A stretch of 64,000 nucleotides of DNA, from the NCBI GenBank assembly GCA_023485405.1, contig JAMCZU010000035.1, positions 1,519 to 65,518 on the forward strand, read 5' to 3'. Shown in pieces: positions 31,885 through 40,749 of the stretch (positions are counted from its first letter, which is position 1; each line of letters starts with the position of its first letter). Origin of the DNA: Patescibacteria group bacterium (GTDB lineage: Bacteria; Patescibacteriota; UBA1384; UBA12157; JAENIV01). The notes below the pieces were generated by a model. It searched no databases. It saw only the letters and a program-made list of their open reading frames with translations, and was not told the origin of the DNA. A program made the translations under genes and the position numbers.

Positions 31885-32127
31885 ATGTCTGAGTTGAAAG
31901 AATATATTGAAGATGTATTATTACAGATCGAGAAGGGGAAAGGAAATCATGATGTTTGGGGATCTGTGTATTTTGATATTGCAACAGTAAAAGAAAAGAA
32001 AGGGGGAGGAAAGATCGGAGTAAGTGTTCTTGGACTTGCAGGAGGTATAAAAAATGAGTCGGTATCTAGAATCCAATTTAAAATAAAAATGCAAGGAGCC
32101 CATGGTGGACCAGACGCATTTAAATAA
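31885..32127 (+). CDS. Small protein, Trypco2-like pattern
   Basis: ELKEYIEDVLLQI...VYFDIA...GGGKIGVSV...VSRIQF; family call tentative. Confidence 0.6.
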   Translation: MSELKEYIEDVLLQIEKGKGNHDVWGSVYFDIATVKEKKGGGKIGVSVLGLAGGIKNESVSRIQFKIKMQGAHGGPDAFK

Positions 32128-32224
32128 AAATTGTTAAGGAATTAGTAAAAAGGTAGATGCAGACGTTTAATGTTTGGTTAAACACTGTCTTAAACTCAAG
32201 TAAAGAAGTAATGAAAGGATTATT

Positions 32225-32644
32225 GTGAAAAAAGTATTTGTTAGCTTTGACTACGAAAACGATAAACAATACAAGTATCTGCTTGAAGCATGGGATGCTA
32301 ATGACAAATTTGAATTCAAATTTTATGATTTGACACCTAATGAAATTCGAAGTGAAGATATTGGTAGAATTAAGGCTGGTCTCACAGCTAAAATAAAGCA
32401 AGCGACACATACTTTAGTGATTGTTGGAAAAGAAGCAAATAGATTACATCTTTCTTCAGAAGAAATCGGATTTAGAAATTGGATAAATTTTGAGGTTCGT
32501 CAAAGCATTAATGAGGGAAATAAAATTGCCATCATAAAGCTCTCGAGTAATTGTGCTTTACCGGAAGAATTATCTGGCGAACATTACTGGTATATAACTG
32601 GTTTTTCCGAAAAAAATGTAGCAAAAGTGCTTGAGGCCGAATAA
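32225..32644 (+). CDS. Stand-alone TIR-domain protein (Thoeris ThsB / DUF1863-like)
   Basis: KKVFVSFDY.ND, TLVIVG, WINFE with the predicted catalytic Glu. Confidence 0.88.
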   Translation: MKKVFVSFDYENDKQYKYLLEAWDANDKFEFKFYDLTPNEIRSEDIGRIKAGLTAKIKQATHTLVIVGKEANRLHLSSEEIGFRNWINFEVRQSINEGNKIAIIKLSSNCALPEELSGEHYWYITGFSEKNVAKVLEAE

Positions 32645-32645
32645 A

Positions 32646-33266
32646 ATGAAAGAAATAGTATGCCAGATATTATTTGAGCACTACAATGATTCTTATCAAA
32701 TAAATCAAGCTAAAATTAAGCAAAGGGATAGGTTATTTGCTTATCTTTTGGTTGTTTTAGTCTTATTGCTTTTTGAAATTTATTCTCCTGAAAATGCTTC
32801 CGCAATTTTGTTGCAAACTATTTCTATTAAACTCGGGTTAAATACTCCTATTGATTTTGCTTTTTTAGGTACTATTATATGGTTTCTTTTACTATGTTTA
32901 CTCATCAGATATTTACAAACTGTTGTAGCAATAGAAAGAGGTTATTCTTACATTCACGATCTTGAAAACGAAATCTCAAATTTTATAAATCAAAAGAAGT
33001 TTTGTCGAGAAGGATATGCTTATCTTGACGATTATCCATTATTCTTAAATTGGGCTTCAAGTTTATTTAAAATAGTTTTTCCAGTAATTCTTTTATTCAT
33101 CGCTTCATATAAGATTTATATTGAAATTTCTAGTTTTAAAAAGAGTGTAACTTTTCTAGCTATTTTAGATTTTATTTTTTACTTAGCTATAGTTATCTCT
33201 TTAATAATTTGCTTTATATTTTCTAAGAAAAATAAAGAAATAAAAAATCATCGAGGGTTAAAATGA
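32646..33266 (+). CDS. Multi-pass (about 4 TM) membrane protein, putative TIR-system effector
   Basis: ATG 1 nt after the TIR stop; EHY...RDRLF, TM pair, IERGYSYIHDLE...REG.AYL..YP loop, TM pair. Confidence 0.75.
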   Translation: MKEIVCQILFEHYNDSYQINQAKIKQRDRLFAYLLVVLVLLLFEIYSPENASAILLQTISIKLGLNTPIDFAFLGTIIWFLLLCLLIRYLQTVVAIERGYSYIHDLENEISNFINQKKFCREGYAYLDDYPLFLNWASSLFKIVFPVILLFIASYKIYIEISSFKKSVTFLAILDFIFYLAIVISLIICFIFSKKNKEIKNHRGLK

Positions 33267-33502
33267 AACGGTTAATATTAAATATCTTTACTCTAATTTC
33301 TTTGCTGGTTGCGTTATTTTCCGGTTTTGCTTTAATTGCTTCCTTGAAAAAAGATGTATATTTAGGGCTTGCAACTCATTTTTGGCTTGACATCCATGTT
33401 GTATTTGGTTCAGCCATTATTATTCTTTTAATCCTACAAATAATTTTAAACCGAGCATGGATATTTAAAATGTTTAAAAAAATTAGGGAGGAGAAAAAAT
33501 GA
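33263..33502 (+). CDS. Small 2-TM protein (DUF4405-like)
   Basis: SG...W.DIH...G pattern; ATGA overlap. Confidence 0.65.
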   Translation: MKRLILNIFTLISLLVALFSGFALIASLKKDVYLGLATHFWLDIHVVFGSAIIILLILQIILNRAWIFKMFKKIREEKK

Positions 33503-33672
33503 ACAAGAAAATTGACAAAGAAAAATGGGCTAAACTATTAGCCAGTAAAACACCCGAAACTCATGCTGCCGTGATGCAAAAATTGGGCATTACGCCAGAA
33601 GAAGACAGAAGATGGCACGAAGAAAATGGTGGCGAATCTGCCGACTTTAGCAAGTTAAAATCAAATTCCTAA
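33499..33672 (+). CDS. Small hypothetical protein (57 aa)
   Basis: MNKKIDKEKWAKLLASKTPETHAAVMQKLGITPEEDRRWHEENGG...; GGAGGAG RBS; ATGA overlap. Confidence 0.65.
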   Translation: MNKKIDKEKWAKLLASKTPETHAAVMQKLGITPEEDRRWHEENGGESADFSKLKSNS

Positions 33673-33679
33673 CCTCTCG

Positions 33680-33700
33680 CTTACACTTCCGAAGTGTAAG
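33680..33700. repeat. REP-like palindrome
   Basis: CTTACACTTC-C-GAAGTGTAAG perfect arms. Confidence 0.65.
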
Positions 33701-33718
33701 TGGTAGAAAAATCAAGGA

Positions 33719-34066
33719 ATGAAAAATAATCGAACAATTGATATTATTAAAGACATTTATTATCGTCTAAGTGTCTTGCCGCTGATGTTTTCGTTTTGGA
33801 TTTTAATTATTATTTGGCGGTATCGAATTGAAAAAAATAAAAATCGGTTGTTTGAAAATCGCCAGAAACTTGATCGCATTTGGTATCTTAGTGGTTATTT
33901 AAAAGGTGTTAAGTATCGTCGAGAACAAGCTAAATTAAAAAAAATTGAAAAGATTTTTTTGCGTCTTGAAGAAAGTGCGAAAAAAGACGAAGGGCGTTAT
34001 GAAAAGCAAAAAGAACTTTTCGACAAATATTTTAGTAAGGTTTTTGATCCAAGCATTGGTAAATAA
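33719..34066 (+). CDS. Hypothetical basic protein with one TM
   Basis: 115-aa ORF, AAGGA upstream. Confidence 0.6.
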   Translation: MKNNRTIDIIKDIYYRLSVLPLMFSFWILIIIWRYRIEKNKNRLFENRQKLDRIWYLSGYLKGVKYRREQAKLKKIEKIFLRLEESAKKDEGRYEKQKELFDKYFSKVFDPSIGK

Positions 34067-34145
34067 TCTAACATCTGCCACCTATGAAGTGGAATATGGT
34101 AAAATAGAAATAAAGTAAAGTCATTATAGAAAAGTGATAGTAAAG

Positions 34146-34213
34146 CGTGAATATGATGATAAAAATAGCTATATTCACGATATATTGACAAGTATCCGTG
34201 AATATGATAAAAT
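34146..34213 (+). promoter_or_regulatory. fic promoter with CGTGAATAT operator-like boxes
   Basis: TTGACA 34185-34190, 17 nt, TG-n-TAAAAT 34208-34213; CGTGAATAT at 34146 and 34197, inverted copy at 34171. Confidence 0.7.
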
Positions 34214-34219
34214 TTAGGT

Positions 34220-35092
34220 ATGGTAAACAATGATATTAAACAAAGAATTAATAATTTAAAAAAGCAATATGATTCTTTAAAGATTGGCAAAGGATCTCTT
34301 TTGGATATACTATCGGAAGCGGAGATTCCGGAGTCAGTCTATAACTCAAATGCTATTGAAAACTCAACCCTAACTATAGAGGAAACGGAAAAAATTCTTT
34401 TAGAACTTGAAGTTATGCGTAAGGTGTCTGTTCGAGAAGTTTTTGAAGCCAAGAATTTAGCTAGAGTTTTTGAATATATTAAAGATAAAATCCTAAGTAA
34501 AGATTTAGATAAGGAACTAATTTTATTTCTACACAAAATGTTGATTAGTGGTATAAATGATGATTATGCTGGTAGATTTCGAAAGTCAGGTGAATATGTC
34601 AGAGTCGGGACACATATTGCTCCCGCTCCAGAACGCGTATTATTAATGATTAAATCGGCTCTATTGGATTATTCGAGTGATCATACTTCATATTTTATTG
34701 AAAAAATTGCAAAATTTCATTTAAAATTTGAACATATTCATCCATTTTGTGATGGTAATGGTAGAATTGGCAGAGTCTTAATAAACTATTCGCTGATGCA
34801 GCTTGGATTTCCGCCGGTTATTATTCGTGATAAAGAAAAGCATCTTTACTATAAAACTTTTAAAGAATTTAAAGATTATAAGAAAACAGCAGGGATGGAA
34901 AGTATTTTATATCTTGCTCTTTTAGAATCGTTAAATAAAAGGATTGCTTATCTGCAAGGTAATAAGATTATCGCATTATCTGAATATGCCAAAAATACAG
35001 ATCAACCTTTGAATATTTTATTAAATAAAGCAAAGCGTCAAACCACAGCTGCTTTTCGAGAAAAAGGCATTTGGAAAATAGGGCAGAAATAA
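34220..35092 (+). CDS. Fic-family protein (class II-like)
   Basis: HPFCDGNGRIGR catalytic loop; SNAIEN inhibitory motif; short C-terminal HTH-like extension. Confidence 0.92.
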   Translation: MVNNDIKQRINNLKKQYDSLKIGKGSLLDILSEAEIPESVYNSNAIENSTLTIEETEKILLELEVMRKVSVREVFEAKNLARVFEYIKDKILSKDLDKELILFLHKMLISGINDDYAGRFRKSGEYVRVGTHIAPAPERVLLMIKSALLDYSSDHTSYFIEKIAKFHLKFEHIHPFCDGNGRIGRVLINYSLMQLGFPPVIIRDKEKHLYYKTFKEFKDYKKTAGMESILYLALLESLNKRIAYLQGNKIIALSEYAKNTDQPLNILLNKAKRQTTAAFREKGIWKIGQK

Positions 35093-35172
35093 AAAAAATT
35101 TGTGGGACAACTCTCTCTTGCTCTCAAAATTTGCTAAAATAATATTAAGCAAAAAAAATATCGAGGAGAATT

Positions 35173-35832
35173 ATGTATAAACTATCACCATCGGATTTTG
35201 CTTATTTATATGAAGAATGCAAGCTTTGTTATTGTCTAAAGGTTAAAGAGAATATTTACCAACCAAGCATGCCAATGCCTGGTGTTTTTTCGGCGATCAA
35301 TACTCGTTTGCAAGGTAATTTAGTTGGTAAAAATTTAAGAACTTTGTCTCGCAATTTACCGGAGGGAGTTGTGGTAACTCAAGAAGGCTGGGTCGAGTCA
35401 GTAGTTGTGCCAGGAACCAATGTTTTTATCAAAGGTAAATACGATCTTTTGGTGAAAAATAGTGATGGTACGCATACTTTAGTTGATCTAAAAATTAGTC
35501 AGCCGGTCGAAGATAAAATTGAAAAATACAAAACACAATTAGGCGCTTATAAATTTGCACTGGAAAATCCCGCCAGTGGTGAAAAGATTAAGATTTCTAG
35601 ATTGGGACTTTTGATTTTTTACCCAGATACTGTCACTTTTGAAAATGGAGTTGCACGGCTCGATTTTCCGCCAAAGTGGCTAGAAATTGCTTGTGACGAT
35701 ACGAATTTTACTAATTTCATTAAAGATGTTGATAAACTTCTAACTGGGCCATTACCGGACGAAGATCAAAATTGCAAATGGTGCGCTTATCGTCATACTG
35801 GAGAAAATATAATTCATAAGGAGGAAAAATGA
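35173..35832 (+). CDS. PD-(D/E)XK nuclease (AddB/Cas4-like family)
   Basis: LSPS...C..C, GKYD...VDLK, QL..Y, C-terminal CKWC. Confidence 0.82.
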   Translation: MYKLSPSDFAYLYEECKLCYCLKVKENIYQPSMPMPGVFSAINTRLQGNLVGKNLRTLSRNLPEGVVVTQEGWVESVVVPGTNVFIKGKYDLLVKNSDGTHTLVDLKISQPVEDKIEKYKTQLGAYKFALENPASGEKIKISRLGLLIFYPDTVTFENGVARLDFPPKWLEIACDDTNFTNFIKDVDKLLTGPLPDEDQNCKWCAYRHTGENIIHKEEK

Positions 35833-36005
35833 AAAACATTCATCATGGTGGATCGAATGCGGTCTATGGACTGGGTTTTATTGGCGCCGCTGTTTATTTT
35901 ATCAGTCAGGCAACCACATTTTGGCTCGGCGTACTCGGGTTTCTAAAAGCCATTGTCTGGCCCGCCTTTTTAGTCTACGAAGCCCTCAAATTTTTAGGCA
36001 AATAG
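35829..36005 (+). CDS. Small membrane protein (58 aa)
   Basis: MKNIHHGGSNAVYGLGFIGAAVYFISQATTFWLGVLGFLKAIVWPAFLVYEALKFLGK*; AGGAGG RBS. Confidence 0.75.
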   Translation: MKNIHHGGSNAVYGLGFIGAAVYFISQATTFWLGVLGFLKAIVWPAFLVYEALKFLGK

Positions 36006-36239
36006 ACAAGTAAAAAAATCTCAAAACTAATAATCTTTAACCGATACACATCCCACTTCCAAGGTGGACCTTTTTTCAGGTTAGATGTTAGAAAAAATAG
36101 TATGCTATAGCTTGTTATTTAGGATACCTTACTTATAGTCGAAGCATGTTATTTTTAAATTAAAAAAATATTATTGAGGAATAAGTGATAAAAAATAAGC
36201 TTTGAACAAAAATATCCAAAGCTTATATGGTACCCCGCT

Positions 36240-36779
36240 TCATGCGGGACCGTCTAAAGATGCTCTTCCTGATGCCAGACCTATATATGAAGGGCGCTTA
36301 CTACCCAGGTCTCGACTCCATATATAACCACAATTGGCACACTTTCTTGTCTCGACATAGGTCACATTTTCATCTGGTACTTGATCATAGTACTCAATCA
36401 CTTCCACCCTTCGACTCGCATCACAAAGTATTTCCCGTCCATCGCATTTTTGGCAATGGAGATAGTCCTGATAAAAAATGTTCGAAAATGATTTTCCTAA
36501 TTCATCAAAGAGAATTCCCAGAGCCAAACAAGGACTTGCTATCGTCCATATAAGACACAAAAGCCAGACTATTAGGTTGTCTTCTTCAAACTTATTGTTG
36601 AAAAGATGTGCTAACGCTAGTTTGAATGTCCACGCCAAAAATAGTAAGCCAAGAGGCCAAAGCACACTACCTACAATACCCACTCTTCTTCTACACTTGG
36701 AGTACTTTGTTACCTGATCAATCTCCTCTTCAGATACGATAATCTTCAGTGACATCAGAATTTTCCTCCCTTTACTCAT
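36240..36779 (-). CDS. Hypothetical 2-TM protein with C-terminal zinc ribbon
   Basis: Two TMs, CQKC...CANC; promoter TTGACT 36893-36888, 17 nt, TATAAT 36870-36865. Confidence 0.7.
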   Translation of the reverse strand: MSKGRKILMSLKIIVSEEEIDQVTKYSKCRRRVGIVGSVLWPLGLLFLAWTFKLALAHLFNNKFEEDNLIVWLLCLIWTIASPCLALGILFDELGKSFSNIFYQDYLHCQKCDGREILCDASRRVEVIEYYDQVPDENVTYVETRKCANCGYIWSRDLGSKRPSYIGLASGRASLDGPA

Positions 36780-37037
36780 CAGTAAGCTACATCATAAACG
36801 ACGGCTTCGATGGCAGATTTGTCCTTTGATTAACTCAGGACGAAATTGTCAAAGAACAGCCTTGATTATAGTTCGGTTATAGTAAAAAGTCAATCGGTTG
36901 TACTCATCAAAAGCATTATTTAAGTTCAAACTTCCTATAAATAAAAACAGTCTGTAAATGTAGTATAGTTTCATATTAAGCACTCTATGTGATAATATAG
37001 ATATTAAATAAAAGAATTAATTAAAAAAGGAGTGATT

Positions 37038-37202
37038 ATGTCAATTGTATCGGAATCGGAATTCAAGGGAAATCCAATGATTGTGATTAAGCTTGATGAG
37101 GAAGATAAATTTCCTTTTCAATTCGGGGTCAAAAAAGCTAAATTAGTTTTAGAAAATATTGAAGAAATAAAAAAGTTTGTCGAAAGACACGACCGATCGT
37201 AA
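37038..37202 (+). CDS. Small hypothetical protein (54 aa)
   Basis: MSIVSESEFKGNPMIVIKLDEEDKFPFQFGVKKAKLVLENIEEIKKFVERHDRS*; AAGGAG RBS. Confidence 0.75.
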   Translation: MSIVSESEFKGNPMIVIKLDEEDKFPFQFGVKKAKLVLENIEEIKKFVERHDRS

Positions 37203-37232
37203 GTAGCGACTCTATTTCTAAAAAGAAATCAG

Positions 37233-37910
37233 ATGGACCAAATTAAGCAAGTACGTAAAATTAAAATTACGGAAAATGGACCGTATACGGTTTCCGGCAG
37301 TGTGCCGCTTTCGGAGGAAAAAATTGTCAATGATGCCGATGGATTCCCCTTAAAATGGGAGAAAATCAAAGAGCATCATTGCAAAGAAGAATATTCTCTT
37401 TGTCGTTGTGGCCATTCCAAAAACAAACCATTTTGTGATAAAAACCATAAAGAGATTAATTTTAATGGTGAAGAGACTGCCAGCAATGTACCTTTTGAAA
37501 AACAAGCAGAAACAATTGTTGGACCTGAATTAATTCTTAAAGATTCACCTCCACTTTGCGTTCACGCTCGTTTTTGTGATCGCGCTGGTGGAATTTGGGA
37601 CTTAGTTCAAAAATCAGATGAAAAAAAATCTAAAAAAATTGCGATCGAAGAGGCTTTTAATTGTCCGTCCGGTCGGTTAGTTGTCAAAGATAAAAAAACA
37701 GGGCAAGCCATTGAGCCAGAATTTGAGCAATCAATTTCGGCAACTGAAGATGCGGAAGGAATCGCTGGTCCTTTGTGGGTTAAGGATGGTATTCCAATTG
37801 AATCGGCCCAGGGCCAAACTTACGAAGTCAGAAATCGTATCACTCTTTGTCGTTGTGGCCATTCGAAAAACAAACCATTTTGTGATGGCTCACATTATTT
37901 AATTTCATAA
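37233..37910 (+). CDS. CDGSH iron-sulfur domain protein
   Basis: Two LCRCGHSKNKPFCD motifs (second ends GSH); central CVHARFC...CPSG. Confidence 0.9.
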   Translation: MDQIKQVRKIKITENGPYTVSGSVPLSEEKIVNDADGFPLKWEKIKEHHCKEEYSLCRCGHSKNKPFCDKNHKEINFNGEETASNVPFEKQAETIVGPELILKDSPPLCVHARFCDRAGGIWDLVQKSDEKKSKKIAIEEAFNCPSGRLVVKDKKTGQAIEPEFEQSISATEDAEGIAGPLWVKDGIPIESAQGQTYEVRNRITLCRCGHSKNKPFCDGSHYLIS

Positions 37911-37958
37911 AGTTCTCTTCCTTGCTAATTTCTCCTGATAGTGCTAATATTGGAGCTA

Positions 37959-39830
37959 ATGGCAAGAAAAAAAGTCCGAAAATTAAGTAAAAAAGAAGCG
38001 AAAGCGGAAAAAAAGACGACTGACAGTCGAGCAGAGTTTTTTGAAGAAAAAAAAGTTGAAACCGCTAAAACTCAAGAGCGCGAGGTTGTTGAAATTCCCT
38101 CTGTTTTGTCGGTGCGTGAATTTGCCGAAGCTCTTAAAATGCCCGTAACTCAAGTTATTTCCAAGTTAGTTAAAAACGGCGTCATGGCGACAATTAATGA
38201 ACTAATTGATTTTGATACGATGTCTATTATCGCCGATGAACTTGGTGTTGACTTAAAACAAGAAGAAGAAAAAAAGCAAACTTTTGAATCACCCAAACAA
38301 ACGAAAAAAAATCTTCAAACTCGTCCACCGGTAGTCACAATTATGGGTCATGTTGACCACGGTAAAACTCAGCTTTTAGACGCCATTCGTCACACCGATG
38401 TCATTGCCACTGAATCAGGTGGAATTACTCAACACATTGGTGCTTATCAAGTAAATGTAGGACAAAAAGACAAAAAGACCGAGAGACAAAGAGTAATCAC
38501 CTTTTTAGATACGCCTGGTCATGAAGCTTTCTCAGCGATGCGAGCTCACGGGGCTAATATTACTGATGTCGTGGTTTTGGTGGTCGCGGCCAACGATGGT
38601 GTCAAGCCCCAAACTCAAGAAGCTTATTCTCATGCTAAAGAAGCTAAAGTGCCAATCGTTGTGGCGATCAATAAAATTGATTTACCGGACGCCGATGTGG
38701 AAAAAACCAAAAGACAGTTAGCCGACATTGGACTTTTGCCGGAAGGCTGGGGTGGTAAAACGCCAATGGTGGAAGTTTCAGCCAAAATGCATCAAAATAT
38801 TGATAAACTTTTGGAAATGATTATTTTAGTGGCCGATTTAGAAGATCTCAAAGCCGACCCGACACTTGCAGCCGCGGGCGTCGTGATCGAATCGCATATG
38901 CAAGCCGGGATGGGTCCGATTGCCACTATTTTAGTTCAAGAAGGCACCTTGCATTTGGGTGACCCAATTGTCATTGGTCAAACCTATGGCAAGATCAGAA
39001 TTATGGAAAATTATTTGGGCAAAAAGATTAAAGAAGCGTTACCTGCGACACCCGTCAGAGTGGCTGGATTGCAAGATTTGCCAGATTTTGGTGACCGATT
39101 TTTAGCCGTTGAAAACGATAAAATTGCCAAAGAATTAGTTAAAACTAAAACCATCAAGCGAAAAGTTTTGTCTATTGGCGAACTTTCCCGTGATATTAGA
39201 GAAGGTAAAGTTAAAGAATTAAAAATAGTTCTCAAAGCTGATGTGGCTGGATCATTGGAAGCAATTAAAAATTCACTTAAAAATATTTCCACATCAGAGG
39301 TAAAAATTAATGTTATTCATGAAGGAGTGGGTGATGTGACTGAGTCAGATGTGAATATGGCGGTCGCTTCCGAAGCCTTAGTGATTGGTTTTCGGATTAA
39401 AGCTCAAGCCGAAGTGATGAATTTGGCTAATCGTGAAAAAATTAAAATTTCAATTTATGATATTATTTATCAACTATTGGATGATCTCGCCGCCGCTTTG
39501 TCGGGGCTTTTGGAGCCGGAAATTATTGAAACGGAAGTTGGTCGCTTGCAAGTTTTGGCGGTTTTTAAAATTTCTAAAAATGAAAAAATTATTGGTGGTA
39601 AAGTGACTACTGGCAAAATTGAAAATGGTGCCGAGGTCAGAATTGTTCGTGATCGCGACAATGTTGGCACTGGTAAAATTACTAATTTACAACAAAACAA
39701 AAAGGATATGAGCGAAGTTTTGGAAGGTTTTGAAGCTGGTTTGAAAGTGGAGACATCAACAAAAATCCAAGTGGGCGATTCTCTTGAGTGTTTCCGAAAG
39801 GAAGAACGAATTCGTAAATTGGGGGAGTAA
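37959..39830 (+). CDS. infB: Translation initiation factor IF-2
   Basis: [48 protein letters not shown]. Confidence 0.97.
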   Translation: MARKKVRKLSKKEAKAEKKTTDSRAEFFEEKKVETAKTQEREVVEIPSVLSVREFAEALKMPVTQVISKLVKNGVMATINELIDFDTMSIIADELGVDLKQEEEKKQTFESPKQTKKNLQTRPPVVTIMGHVDHGKTQLLDAIRHTDVIATESGGITQHIGAYQVNVGQKDKKTERQRVITFLDTPGHEAFSAMRAHGANITDVVVLVVAANDGVKPQTQEAYSHAKEAKVPIVVAINKIDLPDADVEKTKRQLADIGLLPEGWGGKTPMVEVSAKMHQNIDKLLEMIILVADLEDLKADPTLAAAGVVIESHMQAGMGPIATILVQEGTLHLGDPIVIGQTYGKIRIMENYLGKKIKEALPATPVRVAGLQDLPDFGDRFLAVENDKIAKELVKTKTIKRKVLSIGELSRDIREGKVKELKIVLKADVAGSLEAIKNSLKNISTSEVKINVIHEGVGDVTESDVNMAVASEALVIGFRIKAQAEVMNLANREKIKISIYDIIYQLLDDLAAALSGLLEPEIIETEVGRLQVLAVFKISKNEKIIGGKVTTGKIENGAEVRIVRDRDNVGTGKITNLQQNKKDMSEVLEGFEAGLKVETSTKIQVGDSLECFRKEERIRKLGE

Positions 39831-39845
39831 TTTACAAATTTTAAA

Positions 39846-40706
39846 GTGAAAGGGGTGAAGTACGTGAATGATTCTGATTGTGATAAAGAATTGTCTTGCA
39901 GTATAGATTGGTATCTTTCTCAGAAAGCTAACACACATGGATTGCTGACAGCCGAAGAAGAAATCACTTTAGCTAAGAGAAAGGAAGCCGGTGACGAAGA
40001 GGCAAGACGGATTTTGATTGAAAGTAATATGGGTTTAGTTGTTGCTCGTGCTGCGCGGTGTCGAAATTGTGGTGTACCACTATCTGATCTTGTTCAAGAA
40101 GGTAATATTGGCTTAATTATGGCGGCAGAGAATTTTGATTATCGTAAAAAATGTCGTTTTAGTACTTATGCCGACCCTTGGATTAGAGATAGAATTGCAC
40201 TTGAGATCAGACGACGAGAGAGAATTATCTCTTTGCCAGATAATATTGCCCGGCAATTAATAGCTCTTGACAGAATTTTTGATTATTTTTCACAGAATTT
40301 CGGTCGAACACCGACCTTTAGTGAGTTGGTGGCCGAAATGGCATTGGATGAAGAAAGGATTGAAGAATTGGTACAATATCGTGCCAATTTAATAGACATA
40401 TTATCTTTGGAAGAAGATTGCAGACAACTAGTTGATAGCTTAGGAGATCCAGGATCACCCGATCCTTGTCAGACGGCTATTGCCGAAGACAATCGAAGGC
40501 AAATAATTGAAACGTTTTCGACTGTTTTAACCGTAAAGGAATTATTTGTGATCATAAAACGTTTTGGTCTTTATGATAACATTCCTCAAAATCTTAAAAC
40601 CATAGGGCAAAGACTTAAGATTACGCGGGAGGCTGTTCGTCAGTTAGAAGTAAGAGCAATTAAAAAGATCAGAGAAAAAGTGGCTTTTGTGCTTTTAGAT
40701 TATTAG
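39846..40706 (+). CDS. Divergent sigma-70 family factor (regions 1.2-4)
   Basis: LLTAEEEITLA, LIESNMGLVV, DLVQEGNIGL, RFSTYA, RFGL, TREAVRQLE. Confidence 0.88.
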   Translation: MKGVKYVNDSDCDKELSCSIDWYLSQKANTHGLLTAEEEITLAKRKEAGDEEARRILIESNMGLVVARAARCRNCGVPLSDLVQEGNIGLIMAAENFDYRKKCRFSTYADPWIRDRIALEIRRRERIISLPDNIARQLIALDRIFDYFSQNFGRTPTFSELVAEMALDEERIEELVQYRANLIDILSLEEDCRQLVDSLGDPGSPDPCQTAIAEDNRRQIIETFSTVLTVKELFVIIKRFGLYDNIPQNLKTIGQRLKITREAVRQLEVRAIKKIREKVAFVLLDY

Positions 40707-40708
40707 TT

Positions 40709-40733
40709 CCCCGATGTAAAAATCGGGGTTTTT
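40709..40733 (+). terminator. Terminator after the sigma factor gene
   Basis: CCCCGAT-GTAAAA-ATCGGGG followed by T5. Confidence 0.65.
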
Positions 40734-40749
40734 GATATAATAAATATAT

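Noticed and set aside
35173-35832. cas4 of a CRISPR-Cas locus
   Set aside because: No other cas genes or array; solo PD-(D/E)XK nucleases are common
27992-37000. Prophage or integrative element
   Set aside because: No integrase, structural phage genes or att-like direct repeats seen
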